From NCBI GenBank assembly GCA_023819315.1, contig JAMWBQ010000001.1, positions 1-48,534 on the forward strand: 48,534 nt of DNA, written 5' to 3'. Numbering within the stretch: position 1 is the first letter of the stretch; every line of letters begins with the position of its first letter. The translations under genes and the position numbers were made by a program. The DNA is from Candidatus Omnitrophota bacterium (GTDB taxonomy: Bacteria > Omnitrophota > Gorgyraeia > Duberdicusellales > 4484-171). The notes under the pieces were generated by a model that was given only the letters and a program-made list of their open reading frames with translations, did not search any database and was not told the DNA's origin. Shown one piece after another: positions 1 through 10,255 of this stretch.

Positions 1-296
1 GTTTGATACCACCCCAATTAGATACCGAGGTAATATAGATATGATATACTACAATATGGCTATTCTAAAGAGAAAAAAGGAGATTTAAAACAACTTATCA
101 TTAAATCCTTTTGCTTTTAAATCTGTAGAAGCTTCTCCACTTGCACAAATCTCATCTTATCAAGAAGCGCAAAGTGTAGTGTCAAAAACTCTATCTGAGT
201 AAAATCTCATTTAAAATCAATGGTTTTGAAAATCTACTGTTAAAGTTGCGGCAATAACCAGAAAACTCGCCAGAAAGCCCTGAACCTAATATTTTC

Positions 297-2258
297 TTAA
301 CAGTTAGTAGAATCACTACATTCCCACTCCTCATAGCAAGAAGATGGCAACTCGTACAAAAACATAGATGGCCGAGATATTATAAGACCATTCTTAAATG
401 TATACTTTGTCTGAGGATAGGTAATATAAAGATAATTTTTTGCTCGTGTGGTAGCTACGTAGAACAACCTTCTTTCCTCTTCCATAGCTTGAGGAGAATT
501 TAATGCTTTAGAATGGGGGAACTCGTAATCGGAAAACCCAATAATAAAAACTACTTCCCATTCTAACCCTTTTGCTTGATGGATAGTAGAAAGAGTTAAA
601 ACCTCCTTTTTTGCATCCTCCTCCAAAATTGTTTCTCCCCGAAAACTCTCATAAGAACTTATATCTAACAGAAACTCTCTTATAGTGGAATAATTCCTTG
701 CTATTTTAGCTAACTCTTCCAAATCTAAAAGTCTATCCTCAGGATTATCGAAAGAGAGATAACAATATTCCTTATAATTATTTAAAATCTCCCTTATCGC
801 TACCTCTGCCTGAGATATTTTTTTTATATTATTTATAATAGTAATAAACTCATTAAATCCCTCTTTTTTGTTTTTAGGTAAAGTTTGGGCTATCTCTTCC
901 AAGCTTTTATCTCCTTTACATACCTCTATCCATATTTTCTGAGCATAACTTCTACCGATACCTTTATGTAAAGAAATGGCTCGTTTAAAAGATAACTCAT
1001 CTTTTTCATTTGCTACTACCTTTAAGTAAGCGAGCACGTCTTTGATATGTGCCTGCTCAAAAAATCGCATTCCTCCTCTAACCACATAGATTATATTACG
1101 TTTCATTAACTCTAACTCTAACTCCAAAGCTTGGTAATGCGAACGAAAAAGTACAGCTATCTCTCTAAGGGGTATACCTTCACTATTTAATTCCAAAACT
1201 TTCTGAGCGACAAACCTTGCCTGCTGATAAACATCTTTGGTCTCCACCACTACGGGAAGTTGAAAGTCTTTCTTAATTGCTTTCAACTCTTTGGGAAACT
1301 GCGCACGATTATGTTTAATAACCTCGTTAGCTAAAGATAGTATCTGGGGAGAAGAACGGTAATTTATCTCTAATTTGAATATCTTAGCACCATTAAATAC
1401 TTTTGGGAAATCCAAAATATTGTTTATATCGGCAGAACGAAAAGAGTATATTGATTGAGCATCATCGCCAACAACTAATATATTTCTATGGTAAATAGCT
1501 AAATCTTTTAAAATTTCAAATTGAAGGCGGTTAGTATCCTGATACTCATCCACAAGGATATATTTAAAAATTTGCGCATACTTTTCTCTTACCTTATCTA
1601 TTTTTAAAAGCTTATGCCAATTAAAAAGTAAATCGTTAAAATCCATTATATTTGAAGCTTTCTTCTTGTTATTATAATGGTATATAACTCTTTTTATTTG
1701 AGGGATAAATTCTTCTAAATGGGAATAATCGGCAAAAATAATCTCATCTATTTCTCTAAGAGAATTTGTTGCTAATGACCAAATTTGGCTAATAACATCC
1801 TTTTTAGGGAACAATTTACCAGATTTACTATAACCTAACTCCCCAATACAATCATCAATTAAATCTTTAGAATCTTCATTATCGATGATAGAAAAATTTG
1901 GTGAATAACCCAAAAGGGGGGCTTCTCTATGTAAGATAACATTAGCGATGTGATGAAATGTTCCTGCCCACAATCCTTTCAAATTCATTTTAATCAAAAT
2001 CTCTGCACGATTAATCATCTCTTGCGCTGCTCGGTTAGTAAACGTAACCAAAAGAATATTCCTTAAATTTTCACCCTTACCTAAAAGGTAAGCTAACCTG
2101 TAGATTAACACCCTCGTTTTCCCACTCCCTGCACCAGCCAAAACTAAACAGGGACCATCTGTTTCTTCTACAACTTTTATCTGTTGGTAGTTGAGATTAT
2201 CTTTGTAGTTTATGAAAGATTGGGAAATAATAAAAGGGGTTAACTTATAATCCTGCAT
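297..2258 (-). CDS. SF1 UvrD/PcrA/Rep-family ATP-dependent DNA helicase
   Basis: 653-aa ORF. Walker A AGAGSGKT, motif II VDEYQDTN, and LSTIHQAKGLEW and YVATTRAK near the C-terminus are typical of UvrD/PcrA helicases. Confidence 0.85.
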   Translation of the reverse strand: MQDYKLTPFIISQSFINYKDNLNYQQIKVVEETDGPCLVLAGAGSGKTRVLIYRLAYLLGKGENLRNILLVTFTNRAAQEMINRAEILIKMNLKGLWAGTFHHIANVILHREAPLLGYSPNFSIIDNEDSKDLIDDCIGELGYSKSGKLFPKKDVISQIWSLATNSLREIDEIIFADYSHLEEFIPQIKRVIYHYNNKKKASNIMDFNDLLFNWHKLLKIDKVREKYAQIFKYILVDEYQDTNRLQFEILKDLAIYHRNILVVGDDAQSIYSFRSADINNILDFPKVFNGAKIFKLEINYRSSPQILSLANEVIKHNRAQFPKELKAIKKDFQLPVVVETKDVYQQARFVAQKVLELNSEGIPLREIAVLFRSHYQALELELELMKRNIIYVVRGGMRFFEQAHIKDVLAYLKVVANEKDELSFKRAISLHKGIGRSYAQKIWIEVCKGDKSLEEIAQTLPKNKKEGFNEFITIINNIKKISQAEVAIREILNNYKEYCYLSFDNPEDRLLDLEELAKIARNYSTIREFLLDISSYESFRGETILEEDAKKEVLTLSTIHQAKGLEWEVVFIIGFSDYEFPHSKALNSPQAMEEERRLFYVATTRAKNYLYITYPQTKYTFKNGLIISRPSMFLYELPSSCYEEWECSDSTNC

Positions 2259-2988
2259 TAGTTATAAAATTATTAAAAGTTAAAGCATTTTTTACGGCAA
2301 AGCCATTAGCATCGTTATTGAAAAAAGCAAAAATAGTATCAATTCTATCCTGCCATACATTTATTTTTTTACACCAATCAATTAACTCCTCATCGGAATA
2401 GTTACTTCCATAAAGGATACTGCCTCCATGGAATCTTAAATAAATAAAATTAGCAGTGAGTTCCTCACAGTAAGGAAAATTTGGGGAATCAACGATACAT
2501 ATACTTATATTATTGTCTCTAAACAATTGAAAAACCTCGTGATTAAACCAATCTTTATTCCTAAACTCAAAACTGTAGAGATAATTAGACTTCATCTTAC
2601 ATAATTTTACAAAATTTTCTAACCTATAGAAATTGTATTTAAGCGAGGGTGGTAATTGCCAGAGAATACATAAAAGTTTCTCCTTTAAATACTGCACTCT
2701 ATCAAAAAATATCTCTAAAGATTCTATACAATCATCCAATTTTTTAATATGAGTTATGAATCTTGGTCCTTTTACTACAAAACCAAAATCTTGAGGGGTG
2801 CGTTTATACCAACTTTTAAATATCTTATCACTGGGTAAACGGTAAAAAGTAACATTTAACTCTACTGATTTAAAATGTTGAGTATAAAATTCTAACCATT
2901 GTTTGGTAGGTATGGTGAGAGGATAAAATAAACCCTGCCAATGAGAATAATTGTAACCACTTGTTCCTATAAATATTCTTTTTACCAT
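2245..2988 (-). CDS. DUF72 (YecE-like) family protein
   Basis: 247-aa ORF. The N-terminal IGTSGYNYSHWQGLFYP pattern and the length are typical of DUF72. It overlaps the downstream helicase gene by 14 nt. Confidence 0.7.
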   Translation of the reverse strand: MVKRIFIGTSGYNYSHWQGLFYPLTIPTKQWLEFYTQHFKSVELNVTFYRLPSDKIFKSWYKRTPQDFGFVVKGPRFITHIKKLDDCIESLEIFFDRVQYLKEKLLCILWQLPPSLKYNFYRLENFVKLCKMKSNYLYSFEFRNKDWFNHEVFQLFRDNNISICIVDSPNFPYCEELTANFIYLRFHGGSILYGSNYSDEELIDWCKKINVWQDRIDTIFAFFNNDANGFAVKNALTFNNFITNAGL

Positions 2989-3011
2989 AAAACAGGCTAA
3001 TCATAAAAAAA

Positions 3012-4541
3012 TTATACCCATAGATTTTTATCAAGAGAACGGTATTGTACCGCCTCAGAAATGTGTTCTGCGGTAATATTATCTTTCTCTGCTAAATCGG
3101 CAATGGTTCGGGATACTTTAAGTATTTTATCGTAAGAGCGCGCACTAAATTTTAATTCCTGAATAGCCATATTAAGAAGTGATTTTGCCTCTTCCTCTAA
3201 CACACAGTATTTCTTTATCTGTTTACTATTCATTTGAGAATTAAAGAATATCTTCTCTTTCTTGAATCGTTTTAATTGAATTTCTCTTGCTCTTTCCACC
3301 CTCTTCTTTATAGATTGTGAACTCTCTCCTTCTTGAGAGCCACTTATTAACTCTTCCGTTCTTATATTTTGAAGTTCTATTTGTATATCTATTCTATCCA
3401 AAAGAGGACCGGATATTTTATTCCTATATCTTTGAATCTGATAACTTGTACAATGACAAGCTTTATCTTTTGAGCCAAAATAACCACAAGGACAAGGATT
3501 CATCGCTGAACAAAGAAGAAACCTTGCAGGAAACTTTAAATGTTTGCTAGCTCTTGATATGCTAACATATCCATCCTCTAATGGCTGTCTTAAAGCCTCT
3601 AAAGAAGCACGATTAAATTCAGGCAACTCATCTAAAAATAAAACTCCATTATGAGCTAATGTTACCTCTCCTGGTTTAACATTTGTTCCTCCCCCTACTA
3701 AAGAAATATGAGAAGATGTATGATGAGGTGAACGAAAAGGTCTCTCTTTTAACAAAGGATAATCTTTATCAAGCATTCCTACGATACTATAAATCTTTGT
3801 AACTTCTAATATCTCCTCAAATTCCATATCAGGGAGGATGGTAGGGATTCTTCTTGCTAACATTGTTTTACCTACACCCGGTGGACCAATCATCAAAATA
3901 TTATGCATGCCACTAATTGCTACTTCTATAGATCTCTTAGCTACAATTTGACCTTTAACATCTGCAAAATCAACTTCGTATTCAGGTGGTTTATTAAAAA
4001 TATCACCATTATCTATATGGAAAGGTTTTATTTCCATATTCCCGGAAAGGAAGGCTACTGCTTGAATAAGAGTTTCCACGGGGTAAATAACTACATCTTT
4101 AACCAATCCTGCCTCTTTAGCATTATCTAAAGGGACAATCATCTTTTTCCCTATTTCCTTTGTCTTCATTGCCATAGGAAAAACTCCTCTCACTGCTCTG
4201 ATTTTACCTTCCAAAGACACCTCTCCTAAAATTACATAAGGTGAAAAATCCATATTCACCTGATAAGTAGATTTTAAAATACCCAAAGCTATACCCAAAT
4301 CAAAATGTGTGCCTTCCTTTTTAATGTTTGCCGGAGCTAAATTTATAGTTATTCGTTGAGAAGGAAATTCGTATCCAGAATTTCTAATTCCTGCTCTAAC
4401 CCTATCCTTACTTTCTTTAACTTGTGTATCCACTAAACCAACGATAGCTATGGAAGGAAGTCCCCTCTGTATATCTATCTCTATTTCTACAGGATACACT
4501 TCTAAGCCTGTAAAAGCTAAGGAATTTATTTTAGAAACCAT
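3012..4541 (-). CDS. YifB/ComM-family Mg-chelatase-like AAA+ ATPase
   Basis: 509-aa ORF. It has an N-terminal Lon-protease-like domain, Walker A GPPGVGKT, GVLFLDELPEF, a Cys cluster CPCGYFGSKDKACHC and a C-terminal ChlI-like tail. Confidence 0.85.
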   Translation of the reverse strand: MVSKINSLAFTGLEVYPVEIEIDIQRGLPSIAIVGLVDTQVKESKDRVRAGIRNSGYEFPSQRITINLAPANIKKEGTHFDLGIALGILKSTYQVNMDFSPYVILGEVSLEGKIRAVRGVFPMAMKTKEIGKKMIVPLDNAKEAGLVKDVVIYPVETLIQAVAFLSGNMEIKPFHIDNGDIFNKPPEYEVDFADVKGQIVAKRSIEVAISGMHNILMIGPPGVGKTMLARRIPTILPDMEFEEILEVTKIYSIVGMLDKDYPLLKERPFRSPHHTSSHISLVGGGTNVKPGEVTLAHNGVLFLDELPEFNRASLEALRQPLEDGYVSISRASKHLKFPARFLLCSAMNPCPCGYFGSKDKACHCTSYQIQRYRNKISGPLLDRIDIQIELQNIRTEELISGSQEGESSQSIKKRVERAREIQLKRFKKEKIFFNSQMNSKQIKKYCVLEEEAKSLLNMAIQELKFSARSYDKILKVSRTIADLAEKDNITAEHISEAVQYRSLDKNLWV

Positions 4542-4601
4542 AATAAAAAATTAAATTTCTTAACTGAAAATTTACTACCATTATTTTAAAAATGGTAGTT
4601 T

Positions 4602-4976
4602 TTATATTGGTTTCATATCAAGGTGAGATAAAGTATAGCGGAATATTCTTTGACGTGCATCTTCTTCTATATCTATAAACTCAATGCCTAAATCATAGAG
4701 AATTTCATTAGAGTTTAAAATTATACTCTTACTCCAAACCACTCTACCTTTTGCCATAATAGGAGAAGAGGCGTCGGGTAGATTTATTTTTAAAGAAAGG
4801 GTAGTATTTACTTCTCTTTTTTTATCCAAAATAAGACATATACCGCCGGCACTTATATTTCTTGTAACACATACTTTCTCTAAACTAACTCCTTCTTCCG
4901 ATGAACAAGTTACCACTACTACGTTCAGGCGTGGATACTTTCGTCTCTCATTATCTTTATAATTATTGCTCAACAT
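4602..4976 (-). CDS. Single-domain PilZ (c-di-GMP-binding) protein
   Basis: 124-aa ORF with the two PilZ signatures: RKYPR (RxxxR) and NISAGG (D/NxSxxG). Confidence 0.75.
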   Translation of the reverse strand: MLSNNYKDNERRKYPRLNVVVVTCSSEEGVSLEKVCVTRNISAGGICLILDKKREVNTTLSLKINLPDASSPIMAKGRVVWSKSIILNSNEILYDLGIEFIDIEEDARQRIFRYTLSHLDMKPI

Positions 4977-4995
4977 AATTAAACTATTTTAGCTT

Positions 4996-5024
4996 AATAT
5001 ACTACATCAACCTCATTTTGTCAA
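4996..5024 (-). promoter_or_regulatory. Sigma70-like promoter for the PilZ gene
   Basis: On the minus strand, TTGACA (5024-5019) is followed by a 17-nt spacer and TATATT (5001-4996). The -10 ends about 20 nt upstream of the ATG. Confidence 0.45.
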
Positions 5025-5375
5025 AAAATTTTTTATTTTTTATTGGCTTACTAAACCTCTCTACAAAACAGATACCTTTGTTTAATCTTGATACAGAATT
5101 ATGGGTTATAAATAATCTTAAAGTTCCTCGCTATCTTTAGGATTATTCAAAACCAATTTCTTTGATTTCTATCAAATAAGCTAATATCCCGTCAATTAAG
5201 GTAATTTGCAATACTTTCTTATCAGGATATCTACAAGAGATTTATCTAATAGCTTAAAAAGAAAATGTGAGAAGTGTTTTGTAGATATGACATTCTAACT
5301 ACCCTATAACCTAAATCTAATTTTGTAAAGCTTATATTTCTTCCTAAATTTTATTCACGTTATGGTTAATCCCTA

Positions 5376-7100
5376 TTATTTTATATAAATATGCTCTATC
5401 TCAGAAAACGCTCCTCCGTATACGGTAGGATAAAGATTGCCGAATTTATCTCGCACAGCATATAGAGAGTATCCTAAAACTGTGTAGATAAACGGTAAAT
5501 TATCGGAAACTATGTACTGCCAACGAGCAAACAAACGTTTCCGTTCTTCCTCATCCAGAGTCCTACCTGCTAAATTGAAAATATCCTCTATTTCTATTTC
5601 ATAATCATCAAGCGCTGTTTTAGTAGGATTCCAAGGATGTAGATCGCCTTTGTATGACCAAACATTCTTACCAAAATATGGCTCTATACCACCAGTAAGT
5701 CCAATCAAAATCATCTCCCAATCAAAAGTAGCAGTCAACTTTGTAACAAGATTATTAAAATCTAAGGGCAATAAATGTATCTTCATCCCAATACTTTCTA
5801 AATCTTTTTTTATCAAAGTAGCAATAGTTACTCTCTCTGAATTATCCGCATTTGTAAAAAAAGTAATCTCTAATTTGAAACCATCTTCGTCCTCTAATAT
5901 CCCATCTCCATCCCTATCTTTAAATCCTATATCATTTAATAATTCCTTGGCTCTTTGTGGATGGTATGGGTATTTAATCACATTATCATTATAAAAAATA
6001 ACGTTTGCTGGGCTCTCAGGAGAAAATTGGGGTACTCCTAAACCATTAAGAACTACCTCAACTATCTTATCTCTATTTATAGCAAAAGCTATTGCTTTCC
6101 TGAACTGTTTGTTACGGAACCATTTAAGCTTATATGGTTTAACATAGGGTTTGTGTATATGAGGATTATATTGAGGGTTTTGATTCAAAACTATAAAATT
6201 TGAACCAAAAGATGTTCCCGCATTGTAAATGGTAAAACCATCCCTTTTTTGTCTCGGACTTAAAATTGCTAAATCGTTAGGTCTTAGAGAACAGTAATCT
6301 AATTCTCCCTCAAGAAATTTTAAAAGTATAGTATCTGGGTTAGATAAAATTACAAAAATAATCTCATCAAGGTAAGGAAGTCTATTCCCACAACTATCTT
6401 TTTTCCAATAGTAAGGGTTTCTCTCCAATACCACACTCTCTCCGGGAAGGTATTTCTTTAATCTATACGGTCCGGTTCCTACAATGTCCTTAAGAGAAGA
6501 ATCTAAACCCATAGCAAAAGTAAATTTATCTTCTTCTACCAAACGCAAATATTTATGTTTGGGTAGAATATCTTGAGATAGCGCTCTTAAAAAAGGGGCA
6601 AACGTGCAGGGTAAAATGAACTTTATAGTATAATCGTCAATTTTTTCTAAAATAATTCTTTTACCTTCTATAGTAAAAATATCTCTGCTACCTGTAGGTA
6701 TATTGGGATTATAGATAAGTTTATCGAATGTGAAAATTACATCGTCAGCTGTAAATTTTTTGCCATCATTCCAATATACATCATCTCTTAAGTAAAATAT
6801 CCACTCTTTCCCATTGTGCGTTTGCCAACTCTTGGCTAAATTGGGAATCATATCTAAAGTTTTGGGATCCACTCTAAGTAGTCCCTCAAAGATAAAAGAT
6901 GTTATCTGAGTAGTAGAAGTTTCTTTTGCTACAATAGGATTAAATGATTTTGGGTCACTAGTAGTAGCTAAGGTAAGATACCCTCCCTTTTTGCCACAAA
7001 CTAATTGGTAGTCTTTTAAAGGTTCTTTCCAAATCTCGCCAAAGAGAGAAAAAGAAGGCAAAAAATAAATAATAATTAAAAGAATGTATCTTAGATACAT
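5376..7100 (-). CDS. ABC transporter substrate-binding protein, family 5 (peptide/nickel type)
   Basis: 574-aa ORF with a hydrophobic signal-peptide-like N-terminus. Length and sequence pattern fit OppA/DppA-type SBPs. No permease or ATPase genes are adjacent. Confidence 0.75.
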   Translation of the reverse strand: MYLRYILLIIIYFLPSFSLFGEIWKEPLKDYQLVCGKKGGYLTLATTSDPKSFNPIVAKETSTTQITSFIFEGLLRVDPKTLDMIPNLAKSWQTHNGKEWIFYLRDDVYWNDGKKFTADDVIFTFDKLIYNPNIPTGSRDIFTIEGKRIILEKIDDYTIKFILPCTFAPFLRALSQDILPKHKYLRLVEEDKFTFAMGLDSSLKDIVGTGPYRLKKYLPGESVVLERNPYYWKKDSCGNRLPYLDEIIFVILSNPDTILLKFLEGELDYCSLRPNDLAILSPRQKRDGFTIYNAGTSFGSNFIVLNQNPQYNPHIHKPYVKPYKLKWFRNKQFRKAIAFAINRDKIVEVVLNGLGVPQFSPESPANVIFYNDNVIKYPYHPQRAKELLNDIGFKDRDGDGILEDEDGFKLEITFFTNADNSERVTIATLIKKDLESIGMKIHLLPLDFNNLVTKLTATFDWEMILIGLTGGIEPYFGKNVWSYKGDLHPWNPTKTALDDYEIEIEDIFNLAGRTLDEEERKRLFARWQYIVSDNLPFIYTVLGYSLYAVRDKFGNLYPTVYGGAFSEIEHIYIK

Positions 7101-7102
7101 TT

Positions 7103-7456
7103 TTAATTTTTTGTATCTTCTTGAGATGAGGGAGAAGAGCTATTAATTTCATCCTCAGAAATTTTCTCTGTAGGGGTAACATCTTGCTTATTTTCTATCT
7201 TCTCTTCTCTCACTTTTTCTAAAAGGGAAACACCCTGTTGTTTAGAAAGGTAGGCTAAAGAAAGGCTAGTAAGAAAAAAGATAACCGCTAAAACTACAGT
7301 TAAACGAACAAAAAAAGAACTTGTCTTTGTTCCAAAAATAGACTCCACTCCTCCCAATGCTTCAATTAAGCCACTACTTCTTCCGCGTTGGATAAGAATG
7401 ACACCTATTAAGGTTATAGTCACCACTATATGAATAAAAAGTATTAAATTGTACAT
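7103..7456 (-). CDS. secG: Preprotein translocase subunit SecG
   Basis: 117-aa ORF with two TM segments and the SecG-like ILIQRGRSSG...FG motif. It sits in the conserved position downstream of tpiA. Confidence 0.75.
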   Translation of the reverse strand: MYNLILFIHIVVTITLIGVILIQRGRSSGLIEALGGVESIFGTKTSSFFVRLTVVLAVIFFLTSLSLAYLSKQQGVSLLEKVREEKIENKQDVTPTEKISEDEINSSSPSSQEDTKN

Positions 7457-7467
7457 AAAATCGCCTC

Positions 7468-8229
7468 TTAGTTAATTATAGAGTTTCTCACTATAGATGT
7501 AAATGAATCAACCTCTAACGATGCCCCTCCTACTAATGCACCATCAATATCTTCTTCTCTCATAAGCTCTTTTATATTAGATGGCTTTACACTACCACCA
7601 TAAAGTATACGTAGATTATCTGCACAATCAAGAGAAAAATTATCTTTGAGCCATCTACGAATAAAATTCTGGATCTCCTCTGCTTGGTAAGGTAAAGCGG
7701 TTTTACCAGTTCCAATTGCCCATACAGGTTCATAGGCGATAACTATTTTCTTCATCTCCTCATAACCCAATTTATAAAATGCTCCTTTTAACTGTTTTTC
7801 AATCACATCTATGGTTAAATTTTTCTCTCTTTCCTCCAAAGTTTCTCCTATACACACTATAGGAACCAAATCATTGTTTAGAGCAGAGAGTATCTTTCTA
7901 TTTACCCACTCATCACTTTCAAAAAAATATTTTCTCCTTTCCGAATGACCGATAATAACGAACTGGCAACCACAATCTTTAATCATCTTAGCGGAAACTT
8001 CTCCTGTATACGCTCCTTCATCTTCCCAAAATAAATTTTGCGCCCCTAATTTTATATTAGTGTCTTTAATAACTTCATTAACTTTATACAAAGCTGTAAA
8101 CGGTGGACATAAAACTATATCTACTTCGTTAAAATCACATAGTTCTTCCTTTATCCCTGTAGCTAAAGAAACCGCCTCCTCGGTAGTTTTATACATCTTC
8201 CAATTACCAGCAATTAAAGGTCTTCTCAT
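7468..8229 (-). CDS. tpiA: Triose-phosphate isomerase
   Basis: 253-aa ORF containing IAGNWKMY, IGHSERR and AYEPVWAIGTG. Confidence 0.92.
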   Translation of the reverse strand: MRRPLIAGNWKMYKTTEEAVSLATGIKEELCDFNEVDIVLCPPFTALYKVNEVIKDTNIKLGAQNLFWEDEGAYTGEVSAKMIKDCGCQFVIIGHSERRKYFFESDEWVNRKILSALNNDLVPIVCIGETLEEREKNLTIDVIEKQLKGAFYKLGYEEMKKIVIAYEPVWAIGTGKTALPYQAEEIQNFIRRWLKDNFSLDCADNLRILYGGSVKPSNIKELMREEDIDGALVGGASLEVDSFTSIVRNSIIN

Positions 8230-8232
8230 AGT

Positions 8233-9414
8233 TTATCTTTCCTCCGGTATTACCGCTATACCTGGTAACTCCTTACCTTCTAAAAATTCTAAAGATGCCC
8301 CTCCTCCTGTAGAAACATGAGATAATTTATCTACCACCCCAAACTCTTTAGCTGCACTGGCAGAATCTCCTCCTCCTACGATTGTAATCGCACCTTTTAA
8401 TTCTCCTAAAAATTTTGCTATTTCTTTTGTTCCTTCAGCATAATTAGGATTTTCAAAAATTCCCACCGGCCCATTCCAAAGAATGGTTTTTGCTTCCTTT
8501 AATTCCTGTTTAAAAAGATTTACTGTTTTAGGACCAATATCTACTGCTATTTTTTCCCAAGGTATATCCTCTACAACTATTTTGGTTTGAGGTTTGTCTA
8601 TACCATCTACTACTATATGATCGATAGGTAAAACTATCTTAACATTTTTCCTCAGGGCAGCAGAGATAATCTCTTTAGCTAAACTTAATTTATCCTCCTC
8701 TACTTTTGATTTACCCGTAGGGATACCTTTACTTTTAAGGAAGGTATATGCCATTGCTCCGCCAATAATAATCTTGTCAGCTTTATCAATGAGATTATTT
8801 ACTACTCCTATCTTATCCGATACTTTTGCTCCCCCTAATAAAATAACGTATGGTCTTTGAGGAGAAAGCGCCTGAGATAAAAATTTAATCTCTTTCTCCA
8901 TCAAAAATCCTATACAGGAAGGTAAAAATTTTGCAATAATTGTAGTAGAAGCGTGTGCTCGATGAGCTGTGCCAAAAGCATCGTTAACGTAAACTTCAGC
9001 CAAAGAAGCCAACTCTTTAGCAAAATTCTCATTTCCCTCTTCTTCCTCCTTATAGAACCTTAAATTTTCTAAAAGAATAACTCTCTTATCTGTCTTCTCA
9101 ATTGCTCGTTTAACCTCTTCTCCCTTACAGTCGTTTAATTTCTCCACTTCTATTTTAAGTAACTCCTCTAACCTTTTAGCTACCGGCCAAAGACGCATAC
9201 TTTCTACCACTTTACCTTGTGGTCGGCCTAAATGGCTCATAAGGATTACTTTCTTAGCCCCTTTATCCAGAATATACTTTATTGTAGGTAAAGCTTCTCT
9301 TATGCGTGCATCATCGGTAATTCTATTTTTCTCATCTAAGGGCACATTGAAATCTACGCGCACAATTACTTTTTTATTTTTTAAATCCATATCTTTAATA
9401 CTTACCTTACTCAT
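8233..9414 (-). CDS. pgk: Phosphoglycerate kinase
   Basis: Contains the canonical Pgk motifs RVDFNVP, MSHLGRP and STGGGASLEF. I place the start at the ATG at 9414 because GGGAGGAG lies 5 nt upstream. The ORF-track TTG start at 9429 would contain that RBS. Confidence 0.92.
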   Translation of the reverse strand: MSKVSIKDMDLKNKKVIVRVDFNVPLDEKNRITDDARIREALPTIKYILDKGAKKVILMSHLGRPQGKVVESMRLWPVAKRLEELLKIEVEKLNDCKGEEVKRAIEKTDKRVILLENLRFYKEEEEGNENFAKELASLAEVYVNDAFGTAHRAHASTTIIAKFLPSCIGFLMEKEIKFLSQALSPQRPYVILLGGAKVSDKIGVVNNLIDKADKIIIGGAMAYTFLKSKGIPTGKSKVEEDKLSLAKEIISAALRKNVKIVLPIDHIVVDGIDKPQTKIVVEDIPWEKIAVDIGPKTVNLFKQELKEAKTILWNGPVGIFENPNYAEGTKEIAKFLGELKGAITIVGGGDSASAAKEFGVVDKLSHVSTGGGASLEFLEGKELPGIAVIPEER

Positions 9415-9478
9415 CGCTCCTCCCTTCAAAACAAATCATAATTTTTTATAAGATAATACTCTTCTCTAAAGGAAGATA

Positions 9479-10255
9479 TTATAACATATCCAAAGCATTT
9501 TGGTCAAAATTTTTTAAGTTAAAAACAGGCCCATCTTTACATACCTTTTTATACCCTTGATTAGTTAAAATTACGCAAGCACAACAGACACCTATTCCAC
9601 AACCCATAAATTGCTCAAAAGAGAACTCCATATCAATAAAAGATTTTTCTTTTACAATCAAAGCTAAAGATTTAAACATTCCTTTTGGGCCACAAGCATA
9701 TAGGTTTAAAGGTTCTCGTTCATAGTCAATCAACTCCTTCAATTGTTCATCAACTCTACCTTTAAATCCTCTTGATCCATCCTCAGTAGTAACAAAAACT
9801 CTGTATCCCAAATCTTTAAATTCCTTATCGTATAAAATCTCCTTCTTCGTTCTTGCTCCTAATATAACTATCTTAAGAAAATCTTGGCTAATTAATCTCT
9901 TACCTAAAAAATATAAAGGTGCTACTCCCATACCTCCGGCAATTAATATATATTTACCCTTACCTTTAAAACTAAAACCTTTACCTAACGGACCCAATAC
10001 ATCTAATAGTTCCCCTTTTTTATAATTAGCTAATCTACGAGTAGCTATACCTTTTATTTTAAACAGAACATATATATTTTTACCATCCACATTATGAATA
10101 CTGAATGGTCTTCTTAGAAGTGTATCTTTTATTTTTATATGGAGGAATTGGCCAGGATGAGCTTTTTTTGCTATGTAATTAGATACAAAGGAAATAAGAT
10201 ACACATCTTTTTTAATTTGCCTTATATTATTAATTTTAACCTTCAACAAGCGCAT
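9479..10255 (-). CDS. pyrK: Dihydroorotate dehydrogenase B electron-transfer subunit
   Basis: 258-aa ORF with an FNR-like FAD/NAD fold (RPFSI, GGMGVAPL) and a C-terminal 2Fe-2S cluster motif CGIGVCCAC...CKDGPVF. Confidence 0.8.
   Translation of the reverse strand: MRLLKVKINNIRQIKKDVYLISFVSNYIAKKAHPGQFLHIKIKDTLLRRPFSIHNVDGKNIYVLFKIKGIATRRLANYKKGELLDVLGPLGKGFSFKGKGKYILIAGGMGVAPLYFLGKRLISQDFLKIVILGARTKKEILYDKEFKDLGYRVFVTTEDGSRGFKGRVDEQLKELIDYEREPLNLYACGPKGMFKSLALIVKEKSFIDMEFSFEQFMGCGIGVCCACVILTNQGYKKVCKDGPVFNLKNFDQNALDML

Noticed and set aside
2-88. An open frame entering from the left edge on the plus strand (FDTTPIRYRGNIDMIYYNMAILKRKKEI, then a stop).
   Set aside because: Only 28 codons are visible, I recognise no motif, and its orientation opposes every other gene on this side of the origin. 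That is not enough to call a gene. I could assign nothing else in 1-296 either.
4574-4599. The hairpin ACTACCAT-N10-ATGGTAGT just downstream of the PilZ stop, considered as a terminator.
   Set aside because: The good T-tract (TTTTATATT) is on the plus strand, where no gene ends. On the PilZ (minus) strand the stem is followed only by AAATTTTC. It may still act as a weak or bidirectional terminator, but I cannot support the call.
6958-7182. A 74-aa minus-strand ORF spanning the SBP/secG junction.
   Set aside because: It overlaps the 5' end of the SBP gene and the 3' end of secG in alternative frames. It has no motif and is incompatible with the two well-supported genes.
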